DNA of 64,000 nt, from contig CAWCRS010000010.1 in NCBI GenBank assembly GCA_963798085.1, forward strand, positions 1 to 64,000. Direction: 5' to 3'. Below, in pieces: positions 31,474 to 42,536 of this stretch. A program made the position numbers and the translations under genes. Within the stretch, counting starts at the first letter, position 1. The number at the start of each line of letters is the position of its first letter. The notes under the pieces are model-generated. The model was given only the letters and a program-made list of their open reading frames with translations. It was not told the origin of the DNA and did no database searches. Source of the stretch: an uncultured Gemmatimonadales bacterium. Its GTDB lineage: Bacteria > Gemmatimonadota > Gemmatimonadetes > Longimicrobiales > RSA9.

Positions 31474-34220
31474 CCAGGCGCGTTCCGCGCAGCAGCTTGG
31501 CCACCTGCCCCACCACGGCCGGGATCAGCGAGAACACGGCGATGAAGAGCCAGTCGTTGAGCGGCAGCAGCGCCGTGTTCAGCACCAGGCGCAGCGGCGG
31601 AATCAGCACGGTGGACACCTGCAGCGCCACGGTGACCACGACCGCGGCCACGGCCCAGCGGTTGGCCAGCATGCGACGGGCGCGCACGACCGGGGCACGG
31701 CTGCGCGCATTGCCCAGATGGAAGATCTGCGACAGCGCCAGCGTCATGAAACAGATTGTTACCGCGTGCGGCGCATCCCTGGCCTCGGCCCACAGGAACG
31801 CGCCCAGCGAACTCGTCGTGATGATCGCCGCGTGCGCCGCGATGCGCAGCAGGAACGCGCGTGAGAGCAGCGCTCCCTGCGGATTGCGCGGCGGCCGCTT
31901 CATGATGTCCGGGTCCGCCGGCTCGAGCGCCAGCGCCAGCGCCGGGAAGGTGTCCGTCACCAGGTTCATCCACAGGATCTGCAGCGGCGTCAGCGGCAGC
32001 GGGAAGCCGGCCAGCAGCGCCACCATCAGCACGAGTACCTCGGCCAGATTGCAGCTGAACAGGAAGAACACGAACTTGCGGATGTTGTCGTAGATGACGC
32101 GGCCTTCCTCGATGGCCGCGCTCACGGTCTCGAAACGATCATCGGTCAGCACCACGTCGGATGCCTCCCTCGCCACATCGGTGCCGCGCATTCCCATGGC
32201 CACGCCGATGTTGGACCGCTTCAGCGCCGCCGCATCATTGACACCATCGCCCAGCATGGCGACGATCTCGCCGCGGCTCATGAGCGCGCCCACAATGCGC
32301 AGCTTCTCTTCCGGGCTGACGCGCGCGAAGGCGCCCACCTGACCGGCGACGCGCACCAGCTCGTCATCACCCATGGCGCGCAGCTCGCGGCCGTCCAGCG
32401 TGATGTCGCCCGGACGCAGCAGTCCCAGCGTGCGCGCGATCGCTTCCGCGGTGGGACGCTGATCGCCCGTGATCATCACCGTACGGATGCCTGCCTCGTG
32501 GAAGCGCGCCACCGTTTCCCGCACGCCAGGCACGGCCGGATCGATCATGCCGGCCAGAGCCACGAAGACGCGGTCCCCCTCAATGCCATCCGCGATCATG
32601 GCCTTTTCCGCCTCGCTCATGTCGCGGTCACTGCTCGCCCGCTCGGCGGCTGCGGGCGTGGCCGCTTCGCCTTCCGGGACCAGCCCGAGCGCCAGCACGC
32701 GCAGGCCGGCCTCTGCTAACGCGCTGTTGGAAGCCCGCAGGCGCTCGCGTGCGGCCGCATCCATGGGCCGGATGCGTCCGCCCGCGAGCTGGTGCGTGGC
32801 GCGCTCGACCGCACGGCCCGGATCACCCTTGAGGAAAAAAACGGAGCCGCCCTCCGGTGTGCGGTGGCGCGTCGCCATGTAGCGCCGTTCGCTCGTGAAC
32901 GGCACGGCGCCCTCCTCGGGCCACCGGGCCAGCAGGTCGGCGCGCTCCATACCGGCGCGCCGGCCGGCCACCAGCAGCGCCGCTTCCGTGGGATCGCCGT
33001 GCACCACCCACTCGCCGTTCTCCACATCCAGGCGGGCGCGGTTGGCCAGCACGGCAATGCGCAGCGCGGTCGCGAGTCCATCGTGCGCCAGCGGATCATG
33101 CGCTGGCCGTTCACGCGGAACTCGCCTCCCGGCTCATAGCCGTGACCCAGCACGTCGACTTCGAGGTCGGGCAGCCAGAATCGCGTCACCGCCATCTGAC
33201 CGGCCGTCAGCGTGCCCGTCTTGTCGGTGCAGATGGTGGTCGCGGAGCCCAGCGCTTCCACCGCGGGCAGGCGCCGGATCAGCGCATTGCGCCGGGCCAT
33301 GCGGCGCAGTCCCAAACCCAGTGTTATGGTAGCGACCGCGGGCAGCCCTTCCGGCACCGCGGCAATGGCCAGCGCAATGCCGGCCTCGATCATTTCGAGC
33401 ACGGGAAACCGCGCACCACGCCCAGCAGCACAATCAGACCCGCGATGCCCAGCGTCAGCCAGACCAGGCGCCGGCCCAGTGTGTCCAGGCGTTCTTCCAG
33501 CGGCGTGCGCTCTTCGCCCAGCGCACTCGTGAGCCGGCCAATGCGGCCGACTTCGGTCTCGCCGCCCGTGGCCGTCACCACGGCCTGCGCATGACCCGCC
33601 ACCACGATCGTCGACTTGTAGATCATGCTGCTGCGGTCGGCCACGGCTGCATCGGCATCGGCGACCCGTGATGCGTTCTTTTCGGCCGCAACCGACTCAC
33701 CAGTCAGCGCGGCTTCGTTGACACGCAACTCGTCGCCGCGCAGCAGCCGGGCATCCGCGGGCACAGCCTGGCCCGCTTCCAGTACGATCACATCGCCTGG
33801 CACCAGCTCGCGCGCATCGAGAAACACCGTGCGCCCGTCGCGCAATGCCGTGGCGTGCGGCACTTCCAGACCCAGCAGCGCCTCCATGGCGCGCCGGGCG
33901 CGCAGCTCGACCAGAAAACCGATGAGCGTGTTGATCACCAGCACCGCGACAATGGCGCCGGCCTCGAGGTGATCGCTCATGACGAGTGCCAGCACGGCGG
34001 CCACGAACAGCAGCGCCACCACCACACTGCGCAGCTGCTCCCACAGGATGTACCACGCCGAGGTGGGCGGCGTGGTTTCCAGCACGTTGGGCCCGTGCTG
34101 CTGCAGGCGTGCGGCCGCTTCGCTGCGGCTCAGGCCGTCAGCCGTCGACTGCAGGCGGACCAGCACATCCTGCGCCTCCAGCGCGTGCCAGGCGGGTCGC
34201 GCCGGCTCGGTGTCACTCAC
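31460..34220 (-). CDS. Cation-translocating P-type ATPase (type II, Ca2+-like), frameshifts near 33400 and 33080
   Basis: [41 protein letters not shown] across ORFs 33390..34220, 32716..33402 and 31460..33052. Confidence 0.93.
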
Positions 34221-34231
34221 AGGCTTCGTGG

Positions 34232-35710
34232 TCAGGGGGCAGCGCCGATCGCGAAAACGCGCACGGCAATGAAATACAGCGAGAAGTTGATGAGCGCGGC
34301 AAACAGCAGGTTAAGCCATATTCCGGCCTTCGCCATCATGGGAATGGTCAGCCGGCCGGTGCCGAACACCAGTGCATTGGGCGGTGTGCCCGCGGGCAGC
34401 ATGAAGGAAAGGCCGGCAGCCGCCGCCGCCGGAATCGCCAGCAGCAGCGGATCGCGACCCATGCCCACCGCCACCGCTGCAACCAGCGGCAGGAACGTGG
34501 CGGCCGTCGCCGTGTTGCTGGTCAGTTCCGTGAAGAAGATCACCACCAGGGTGACCATCAGCGTGAGGGCCAGCACAGGCCAATGTCCCAGTGCCGCCAT
34601 GCCATGACCGATGGCGTCCGACAGGCCCGTGCTCTGGATGGCGCTGGCGATGGAGAGTCCGCCGCCGAACAGCACCAGCACGGACCAGGGCATACGCTCC
34701 GCGTCGCGCCAGTGCAGTGCGAATTCGCCCCGGCGCCAGTTCACGGGAATGAGAAAGAGCAGCATGCCGCCCGTCATGCCAATGCCTGCATCGGAAACAT
34801 TGGGGAGCACGCGCTCGAGCAGTGGCTGGAGAATCCAGGCCAGCGCGGTGAGGCCGGCCACCGTGGCCACGACCTTCTCGGCGCGTGACATTGGACCCAG
34901 CGCCTCTGCCTGCCGCTCGATCATCTCGCGCGCACCCTCGATCTCGCGCGAGCCGGTGGGGTGTAACACGCGTGTCAGCAGGAGCCACGCCAGCGGCACG
35001 CCCACCAGCACAATGGGCACACCCACCAGCATCCATTGCGCGAAACCCACCTCGCGGTGATACGTCTGGGACATGAAGCCCTTCAGCAGCGCCGTGGGCG
35101 GCGTGCCGATCAGCGTGCCTACGCCGCCAATGCTGGCTGCGTAGGAAAGGCCCAGCAGCAGCGCGATGGAGAAATTGCGATGACGCTGCTTGTCGTCACC
35201 CGCGCTCTGCTCCACCGTGTGAATCACGGATGTGGCCATGGGCAGAAGCATCACGACGGTCGCCGTGTTGCTGACCCACATGCTGATGAACGCGGTGGCG
35301 GCCATGAATCCGCCCACCAGGTTGGCCGGCTTCGTGCCCACCGCGCGAATGATCGCCACCGCCAGCCTGCGATGCAGTCCCGAACTCTCCAGACCTGCAG
35401 CCAGCAGGAACCCGCCCATGAACAGATAGATCACGGGATTCGCGTAGGGCGAAGCCGCCTGTTCGATTTTCGCAATGCCGAGCGGTGGGAAGAGCACGAG
35501 CGGCAGCAGCGCGGTGGCGTAGATGGGCAGTGCTTCGGTGATCCACCAGATCGCCATGAGGCTGCCCGCGGCGGCGGTTCGCCATGCGGCGGGACTCAGC
35601 CCCGCCGGCGGATGCAGGCTCAGCATGACGATCATCACGGCCGCACCGACGAACAGGCCGGCACGCTCGTGCCTCGCCGGCCCCGTCTTCTCCGCGCTCG
35701 TTCCCGTCAC
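34232..35710 (-). CDS. DASS/SLC13 sodium-coupled anion symporter
   Basis: SMWVSNTAT, GTLIGTPP, TELTSNTAT, FMLPAGTPPN; GTG start after GGAGGGAG. Confidence 0.92.
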   Translation of the reverse strand: MTGTSAEKTGPARHERAGLFVGAAVMIVMLSLHPPAGLSPAAWRTAAAGSLMAIWWITEALPIYATALLPLVLFPPLGIAKIEQAASPYANPVIYLFMGGFLLAAGLESSGLHRRLAVAIIRAVGTKPANLVGGFMAATAFISMWVSNTATVVMLLPMATSVIHTVEQSAGDDKQRHRNFSIALLLGLSYAASIGGVGTLIGTPPTALLKGFMSQTYHREVGFAQWMLVGVPIVLVGVPLAWLLLTRVLHPTGSREIEGAREMIERQAEALGPMSRAEKVVATVAGLTALAWILQPLLERVLPNVSDAGIGMTGGMLLFLIPVNWRRGEFALHWRDAERMPWSVLVLFGGGLSIASAIQSTGLSDAIGHGMAALGHWPVLALTLMVTLVVIFFTELTSNTATAATFLPLVAAVAVGMGRDPLLLAIPAAAAAGLSFMLPAGTPPNALVFGTGRLTIPMMAKAGIWLNLLFAALINFSLYFIAVRVFAIGAAP

Positions 35711-35816
35711 GCCGTTTTCGCTCCCTCCGCCCCGGCAACTGTTCGCCGCCTGCCGCAACCGCGGGCTATCTTACGCGCCACCCGCCGTTCGCGGAAAGCC
35801 GGCAGGAGCCAACGAC

Positions 35817-37179
35817 ATGTCGCCCGAGAACACGCCCTGGGTCAGCGACGAGAATGCCGCGCTGCTCACCGACCTGTACGAGCTGACCATGCTGCAGGCC
35901 TACTGGCGCGAGCGCATGCATGAGGAGGCCGTGTTCAGCCTGTACGTCCGGCGCCTGCCGGCGGAACGCAATTACGTGCTGGCCTGCGGGCTGGATGATG
36001 TGCTGCGTTATCTCGAGCGCCTCCATTTCGACGCGCCCGCGCTCGATTACCTCGCCTCGCTCGGCCAGTTCCAGCCGGCGTTCCTCGACTGGCTCGCGCA
36101 TTTCCGCTTCACTGGCGATGTCTGGGCAGTCCCCGAAGGCACGCCTCTGTTCGCCGAAGAACCCGATCCTCGAGATCGTGGCGCCCCTGCCCGAGGCACA
36201 GATCGCCGAGACCTTCGTCATGAACCAGGTCCACTTCCAGACTGTTGCCGCGAGCAAGGCGGCCCGCGTGGTGCACGCCGCGCAGGGCCGCACCGTGATC
36301 GACTTCGGCCTGCGACGCATGCACGCCGCCGATGCCGGCATCAAGGGCGCGCGCGCCTTCTGGATCGCCGGCGTCGCCGGTACCAGCAATGTGCTCGCCG
36401 GCCGCATCTACGACATCCCCGTGGCCGGCACCATGGCGCACAGCTACGTGCAGGCGCATGAGCACGAGGCCGACGCCTTCCGCCAGTTCGCCGCGCTCTA
36501 TCCGCACACCACACTCCTCGTGGACACGTACGACACGCTGGCCGGCGTGCAGCGTGTGGTAGAGCTTGCGCAGGAGCTGGGTGATGCCTTCGCCATCAGC
36601 GCTGTGCGCCTCGATTCCGGTGACCTGGGCGCGCTCGCCATCGCCGCCAGGCGCATCCTGGATGATGCCGGGTTGCAGGCTGTCGAGCTGTTCGCCAGCG
36701 GTGCTCTCGACGAACATGCGATCCGCGCGCTGCTCGCGCGCGGCGCACCCATCAACGGCTTCGGTGTCGGGTCGCTCATGGGCACGTCTGCCGATGTGCC
36801 CCATCTCGACATCGCCTTCAAGCTCTCCAGCTACGCCGGCCGCGGCCGCGTCAAACTCTCTGTTGGCAAACGCATCCTGCCCGGCCGCAAGCAGGTGTTC
36901 CGCAGGGAGAACGACGGTGAGCCGGTGCGGGATGTCATTGCCCTGGCGGATGAGATGCTGGAGGGCCGGCCGCTGCTGGCGCAGGTGATGCGCCAGGGTG
37001 AACGCCTGCCCGCGGGCGTGGTCACGCTCGCCGACTCGCGCGCACTGGCGCAACGCGAGCTGTCGTCACTGCCGGAGCGCGTGCGCGATCTCACGCCCGC
37101 GCAGCCGCCCTACACCGTGATGCTGAGCGAAAAGCTGGAAGCACTCTGGCATGAGGTCTCGCGTCGCGCAGCGGATTGA
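35817..37179 (+). CDS. pncB: Nicotinate phosphoribosyltransferase, frameshift near 36162
   Basis: LLTDLYELTMLQAY, DFGLRR, TSNVLAG, GTMAHSY, LVDTYDT, VRLDSGD. Confidence 0.93.
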
Positions 37180-37221
37180 AGGCGACGCGTGCGCCTCCAC
37201 CTTGTCCTCGCGAATCCGGCA

Positions 37222-37935
37222 TCACACGATTCCCAGTGCTGCCGGCAGTGCGTCCAGTGAGGTTTGCGCGTACTTCGCCTGTGCGCGCACTTCTGCGCTG
37301 GCGAGACCGGCGCGATCGTGCAGGTAGACGTGCATGCCGGCATGGACGGCGCCGCCCACATCGAAAGGCGAGCCCGCTACGAAGAGCGTGCGCCGGGGCG
37401 GCGTGCCCAGCGCCTCGATGCCCGCGCGATACGCGGCCGCGGTCGGCTTGTACCAGCCGCAGCGCTCGGCGGAAACCACCGCGTTGAAAGGGACGCCCAC
37501 ACGCGCGGCCGCGCGCTCTGCCAGCGCCTCGGAGCAGTTCGTGAGCACCGCGATCGGCACATGCGCCGCCACCGCACGCAGCACGGCACCGGCCTCCGCC
37601 CACGGCTGCAGCGCATCCCACCGTGCATCCAGATCGTACGCGAGGCTGGCATCCAGCCCCGCGCGCTGCGCCGCTTCGGCGACCAGCGTCAGATAATCGC
37701 GATACCGGCCCGTGGCGTAGGTACGCTCGAGATAGGCCATTCGCCAGCGCCGCCCGGTTGCGGCATCACCGGCAATGGCGTTCCACAACGACCACGAATC
37801 CAGCAACGCGCTGAGAAGATCGAACAGCACCGCGTCGTAATGGCGAGTGTATATTTCCACGTGTTGTGGGGACCGCAGGGTGACGCGTCGCGATTCGCGG
37901 CGCATGGATCGAACGACCGCACGGTAACGCGACAC
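37222..37935 (-). CDS. HAD-superfamily hydrolase (haloacid dehalogenase-like)
   Basis: VLFDLLSALLDSW, LTNCS, YKP, FVAGSPFDV; real start probably near 37860. Confidence 0.8.
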   Translation of the reverse strand: MSRYRAVVRSMRRESRRVTLRSPQHVEIYTRHYDAVLFDLLSALLDSWSLWNAIAGDAATGRRWRMAYLERTYATGRYRDYLTLVAEAAQRAGLDASLAYDLDARWDALQPWAEAGAVLRAVAAHVPIAVLTNCSEALAERAAARVGVPFNAVVSAERCGWYKPTAAAYRAGIEALGTPPRRTLFVAGSPFDVGGAVHAGMHVYLHDRAGLASAEVRAQAKYAQTSLDALPAALGIV

Positions 37936-37960
37936 GCGTGCAAGCGTCCAGAGGATTCCC

Positions 37961-39007
37961 GTGTACGCAACCTGTCTTTTCTGCAGTCAGCCGCTCGGTG
38001 CCAACGAGGTCATCGAATCGTTCCCCGTCGGCCGGCGCCTTGCCTTCGACGGCGAGAAGGGCCGGCTGTGGGTCGTGTGCCGCAAGTGCGAGCGCTGGAA
38101 CCTCTCGCCCATTGAGGAGCGCTGGGAAGCACTGGAGGAATGCGAGAAGCTGTTCCGCGTGACCCGCACGCGCGTCTCCACCGAACAGATCGGCCTCGCC
38201 CGCCTCGCTGAAGGACTCGAGCTGGTGCGCATCGGTCGGCCCATGCGCCCCGAATTCGCGGCCTGGCGCTACGGCGACCAGTTCGGCCGGCGCCGCAAGC
38301 GCGCCATCCTCTACGGCGCCGGCGCGGCGGTCGTGTTCGGCGGCATTGTCATTGGCGGCGCCTTCACGGGCGCACTCAGCGCCGGCCTGCTCTCGCAGTC
38401 CGGCAACTGGGTCAACATGTGGATCAACGGCCGCGTGCTGGTAAAGCTGCGTACGGAGAGCGGCCGCGTGATCAAGCTGAGGAATCCGGATCTGCAGCAG
38501 ACCCGCATTCTTCCCGGTGACGAAGCGGGCGCACTCACCGTGAGTGTAGGCAAAGGCAAGCATCTCGAAGTGTTCCAGGGCCCGGAAGCCGAACGCGTCG
38601 CCAGCATCGTCGTCCCCAAGCTCAACCGCACAGGCGGCAACTCCGGCATGGTCCGCGACGCCGTGAGCCAGATCGAATTGCACGGCGGGCCGGAAGCCTT
38701 CCTGCACGCCACCGTGCGTCGCAGCCTGGGCAGCGCCATTGCCGGAACGCCCATGGCCGAAGTCGTACGCACCAGCGCAGCCACCCGCCGCGACCGCACC
38801 GGCGTCGTCTCCAGCCTGCCCCGGCCCACCCGCCTCGCCATTGAAATGGCGCTGCACGAGGAACGCGAGCGGCGCGCCCTCGAAGGCGAGCTCACGCTGC
38901 TCGAAGAAGCCTGGCGCGATGCCGAGGAAGTCGCTGCCATCAGTGACGACCTCGTGCTGCCGCCCGGAGCCCGCGACTTCATCGCGAGAGAAAAAGGAGT
39001 TCCCTGA
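37961..39007 (+). CDS. Hypothetical protein with N-terminal Zn-ribbon (CxxC...CxxC) and one TM segment
   Basis: CLFC...CRKCERWNL; hydrophobic segment AILYGAGAAVVFGGIVIGG; host-like codon usage. Confidence 0.8.
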   Translation: MYATCLFCSQPLGANEVIESFPVGRRLAFDGEKGRLWVVCRKCERWNLSPIEERWEALEECEKLFRVTRTRVSTEQIGLARLAEGLELVRIGRPMRPEFAAWRYGDQFGRRRKRAILYGAGAAVVFGGIVIGGAFTGALSAGLLSQSGNWVNMWINGRVLVKLRTESGRVIKLRNPDLQQTRILPGDEAGALTVSVGKGKHLEVFQGPEAERVASIVVPKLNRTGGNSGMVRDAVSQIELHGGPEAFLHATVRRSLGSAIAGTPMAEVVRTSAATRRDRTGVVSSLPRPTRLAIEMALHEERERRALEGELTLLEEAWRDAEEVAAISDDLVLPPGARDFIAREKGVP

Positions 39008-39058
39008 GGACAAGCGCGTCACCTTCGCAGCGTTGCGATTCCATGCAAACTCCTGACG

Positions 39059-39443
39059 GATTGTTTTCACACAGGGGCCACAGGGTCATCGGAGGACGGA
39101 TCTGACCCATTACTTCGGCACTCGGTCTTCGGGAGTTCACGGAGGGCGCTGCGGACGGATCAACCAACAGCAGTTTCACACAGCGGCCTCAGAGAACCAG
39201 AGGACCGATCGTGTCTGAACCTTTTTCCTGGCGGCCATGACGCGATCGGAATCGGACAAAAAGATCCACAATGCAGAGCCGGCCTGAAATCGCGGCCGAG
39301 GACGGCGCTCATCCGTGGAATTCAGTACCTGAATCCCCGCCCCTGACAACCCCGCAGCGCTCCTCAGTCCCCACACTTCGCCTCCAGAATCCGTTTCAGC
39401 AATCCGTCCTCAGTACCCCTGTGGCCTCTGTGTGAGAACAATC
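39059..39443. repeat. 385-bp palindromic element bounded by ~43-bp inverted repeats (MITE/REP-like)
   Basis: GATTGTTTTCACACAGGGGCCACAGGG..GAGGACGGAT (39059-39101) vs ATCCGTCCTC..CCCTGTGGCCTCTGTGTGAGAACAATC (39402-39443); extra unit at 39173-39209; inner IR 39141-39154/39352-39365. Confidence 0.8.
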
Positions 39444-39487
39444 TGTTAGTCGGTTATCCCTTCTCTGCCCCCTCGCGCGGCGGTGCA

Positions 39488-40197
39488 TCAGGCAGGAACC
39501 GCCTCCCGCTCCCGTCCCACCACCGGCGCAGTCCTCGTGTTGAACCGGTAGCCGGCCCAGATGAGCAGCAGCCCGATCAGCTCGGTGACGTACAGCACTT
39601 CGGTGTGGCCCATGCGCGTGGCGGTGCCGCCAATGCCGGGGAGGATGGCGCCGGTCGCGATCAGGGCGTTGCCGATGGCGCGCTGGCGGGTGGCGGGATC
39701 GTGACGGTAGCGCAGTGCGCTGTGGATGGCGCCGCCTATGAGAAAGATCGCCGCATAGGAATTGAGGAAGGGGCTGAACATGCGTACCCAGTGCCACTGG
39801 ATGACATGACCCGTCAGGTGGTACGGCGTAACCAGCGCGTACTCGATGGGCGTCAGCAGCACGCACGTGGCGGCGACCAGGAAGTACAGTGTCACCACGA
39901 TGGTGAGGCTGTGCGCGGTACGGCGGGAGAACAGCAGGTAGACGGTGCCCTGCGCGAGTGGTGCGGCGCCCAGCAGTGCTCCGGAAATGTACCAGGCGCG
40001 GAAGATGGGCTCGTGCCAGCCCAGCAACGTGGTGAGCGCTTCCGTGAGCGTGCCCACGCCGTACACCAGGATGCCCGCCGCCCACCACAGCAGGTGCGGC
40101 CCGGAGCGGCGCACCCGCCAGCGCCGGAAATGCGGAGTGCGAACGGGATCGCGATCAGTGTCGTCAGGATGGGGATGAACGATACCGGGTCGCGCAA
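39488..40197 (-). CDS. Multi-pass membrane protein, frameshift near 40128
   Basis: MRDPVSFIPILTTLIAIPF... then HLLWWAAGILVYG...WYISGALLGAAPLAQGTVYLL...GAILPGIGG; directly follows the TonB receptor. Confidence 0.75.
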
Positions 40198-40202
40198 CGG
40201 TC

Positions 40203-42377
40203 TCAGAACCCCACGTCGAGGCTCAGCGTCAGTCGGCGCCGCGGCTCGGGTCGGAAGAAGCTGGCGTTGGTGAATTCCGCGTACAGCCGGTTGGTCAGAT
40301 TCTCCACCGCGAGGCCGATGCGCTGCGTCGTCCCGCCGCGGTGCAGCGCGAGGCTGGCGCGCACGCTGTGTGTCGTGAACGAAGGCAGCACGTCGCCCAG
40401 CGGGTTGTCCACCAGCACCACGTCCCTGCGCGGCCCGTTGTGCCGCACCTCGTACTCCGCCCAGATGCGGTTGCCGTTATCGTGATAACGCAGTGTTCCA
40501 GTGATCTTGCTGGAGAAGCTGTCACCGATCGGATTGCTGGGATCCAGCTCGTCCTGCGAGTCGATGTACGTGTAGCCGCCCAGCACGGAGAAGCCGCCCG
40601 CCACCAGCGCCTCGCCCGACAGCTCGACGCCGCGGAACAGCAGGCGATCGACGTTCACGTTCTGGTACGCCGGGAATCCCTGAATCGTGTCGCCCGTGGG
40701 CTGGATGCGGATGCCATCACGCATGCGGTTGCGGAAGGCGAAGGCTTCGACCGCGATGCGCCGGTCGCGAAAGCGCACGCCGGCATCGAAATCGAGGCTG
40801 GTCTCCGGGCGCAGATCCGGGCTGCGCACCTGGAAGCCGTTGCCCTCGGGTGTCGGTCCCTCGAAGAACCACTCGATCAGGTTGGGCGCACGGAAGGCCC
40901 GGCCCACGGTTCCCACCAGCGTGATCTGTGAGGTCAGCGCATACATCAGGTTGGCCGAGCCCACCACCGTGTTGCGCGACTTCGAGGTCAGGCCCGCCGG
41001 CACACCCTGCCCTGCCTGCGCGTTGGCATGCACGCCCTGCGCGCGTGCGCCCGCGATCAGTGTCGCGCGGCCCGCGTTCAGCTCGCTCTGCGCGAAACCG
41101 CCCACACTGCTGTATGTGGCGTCCGGGACCTGCGGTGCGGTGCTGATGTCGGTCTGTGTCGGACCGAAGCCGATCACCGACGTCACGCTCGAATCGTTGT
41201 TGGCGGAACGGTCCCGGAAGAAGTCCATGCCGTACGTGAACAGCACACCCTGCGTGGCCAGCTTCCTGGCTTCGATGCGGGTGCCAATGGTCTTGAGGTC
41301 GCTGAAGTTGTACGTGTCGATCTTCACACCCGCGCCGGGCGGCGCCTGCGGGCCGAAGCCCTGGAACAGGTTGAAGGTCAGAGTGCGCGCGTTGTCCTGC
41401 CAGTAGCCCACGACGTCGAGACGATCCACGATGGGCAGGCGCAGGTCGGCCCCGCCATAACCCATGGTTACACGCGTGAAATGCTGGTAAGGATAGCGAA
41501 TGTCGATGAGCGGCTGCTCCGGCGCGTAGGCATTGGGATCCACGAAGCCGAAGCCGGCATCTTCCGAATCGTAGCGCTCGACGCGCGTGTACAGTGAGTG
41601 ACCATCGGCCGGCTGCCAGCCCAGGCGCACGGCCGCGTTCCAGTCACGGATGCCCGTGGCCTGCACCGTGGTGGCGCTGTCGAAACGGATGCTGCCGAAG
41701 GTGCCGGAAGGCGCTCGGTAATTGCCGGCATGGCGGAGTCCGCCCGTGGCGCTGAAGTCGAACGCGCCGGAGCGACCGAAGAGCGCGGCACTGCCCCGCT
41801 GCTGATCCTCTTCCTCGCCGTAGCCGTAGCCGAGTGTGCCGTGGATGCCGTCGCGCACCGGACGGCGCGTGATGATGTTGACCACGCCGCCAATGGCGTC
41901 GGTGCCGTAGAGCACGGAAGCGGGACCGCGCACCACTTCCACACGCTCGACCTGTCCGGGATCCACCAGCGAGGGCACCTCACCGAAATCCTGCTGGCGG
42001 CGCGAATTGTTGAGGCGTACGCCATCCTCCAGCAGCAGGATGCGCTGGCCGCGCTGCCCGCGGATCACCGGCCGGGGCTGCTGTACGCCGACGCCGTTCA
42101 CGTCCAGGCCGGGCAGGTCGCGAAACAGGTCTGTCACGGTGTTAGGCCGCGTGCGCCGCAGTGTCATGCTGTCCACCACCGACACCGGCGCCGGCGTGCG
42201 GAACACCGGCCGCGGTGAGCGCGTGGCTGTCACGACCAGCGGATCTACACGGAAGACAAGCGTGTCCTTGTGGGTGGTGTCCGGCGGATTGACCTGCTGC
42301 GCTCCGCCCGGTGCGGCGCCCACCGCCACGAGCAGGATGGGAAAGGCCAGCAGCGGGCGCAGCTGTGACACTCGCAT
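40203..42377 (-). CDS. TonB-dependent receptor (heme/metal-chelate-like)
   Basis: Signal peptide; LVVTATR, IRG, ERVEVVRGPASVLYGTDAIGGVVNIIT plug; FRAP and PDLRPET motifs; ENLTNRLY; C-terminal Phe. Confidence 0.92.
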   Translation of the reverse strand: MRVSQLRPLLAFPILLVAVGAAPGGAQQVNPPDTTHKDTLVFRVDPLVVTATRSPRPVFRTPAPVSVVDSMTLRRTRPNTVTDLFRDLPGLDVNGVGVQQPRPVIRGQRGQRILLLEDGVRLNNSRRQQDFGEVPSLVDPGQVERVEVVRGPASVLYGTDAIGGVVNIITRRPVRDGIHGTLGYGYGEEEDQQRGSAALFGRSGAFDFSATGGLRHAGNYRAPSGTFGSIRFDSATTVQATGIRDWNAAVRLGWQPADGHSLYTRVERYDSEDAGFGFVDPNAYAPEQPLIDIRYPYQHFTRVTMGYGGADLRLPIVDRLDVVGYWQDNARTLTFNLFQGFGPQAPPGAGVKIDTYNFSDLKTIGTRIEARKLATQGVLFTYGMDFFRDRSANNDSSVTSVIGFGPTQTDISTAPQVPDATYSSVGGFAQSELNAGRATLIAGARAQGVHANAQAGQGVPAGLTSKSRNTVVGSANLMYALTSQITLVGTVGRAFRAPNLIEWFFEGPTPEGNGFQVRSPDLRPETSLDFDAGVRFRDRRIAVEAFAFRNRMRDGIRIQPTGDTIQGFPAYQNVNVDRLLFRGVELSGEALVAGGFSVLGGYTYIDSQDELDPSNPIGDSFSSKITGTLRYHDNGNRIWAEYEVRHNGPRRDVVLVDNPLGDVLPSFTTHSVRASLALHRGGTTQRIGLAVENLTNRLYAEFTNASFFRPEPRRRLTLSLDVGF

Positions 42378-42437
42378 GGTGTTACCTCGGTGAGCAGTAC
42401 AATGCCACACGCGCGTGCGCGGAGTGACGCGGCCCAA

Positions 42438-42506
42438 ATTATGTGTTGGGAAGCAGCTTCTGCGATTCGGAGGACTACAGATCGAGCGGTCCGGAGGCCT
42501 ACGTAG
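42438..42506 (-). promoter_or_regulatory. Candidate activator-dependent promoter of the TonB receptor
   Basis: -10-like CATAAT (42438-42443); direct repeats yCGGAGGmCTAC at 42467-42478 and 42491-42502; palindrome CTACGTAG at 42499-42506. Confidence 0.45.
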
Positions 42507-42536
42507 AGGAAAACCTTTCGTGGCCTCAGGGATTGT

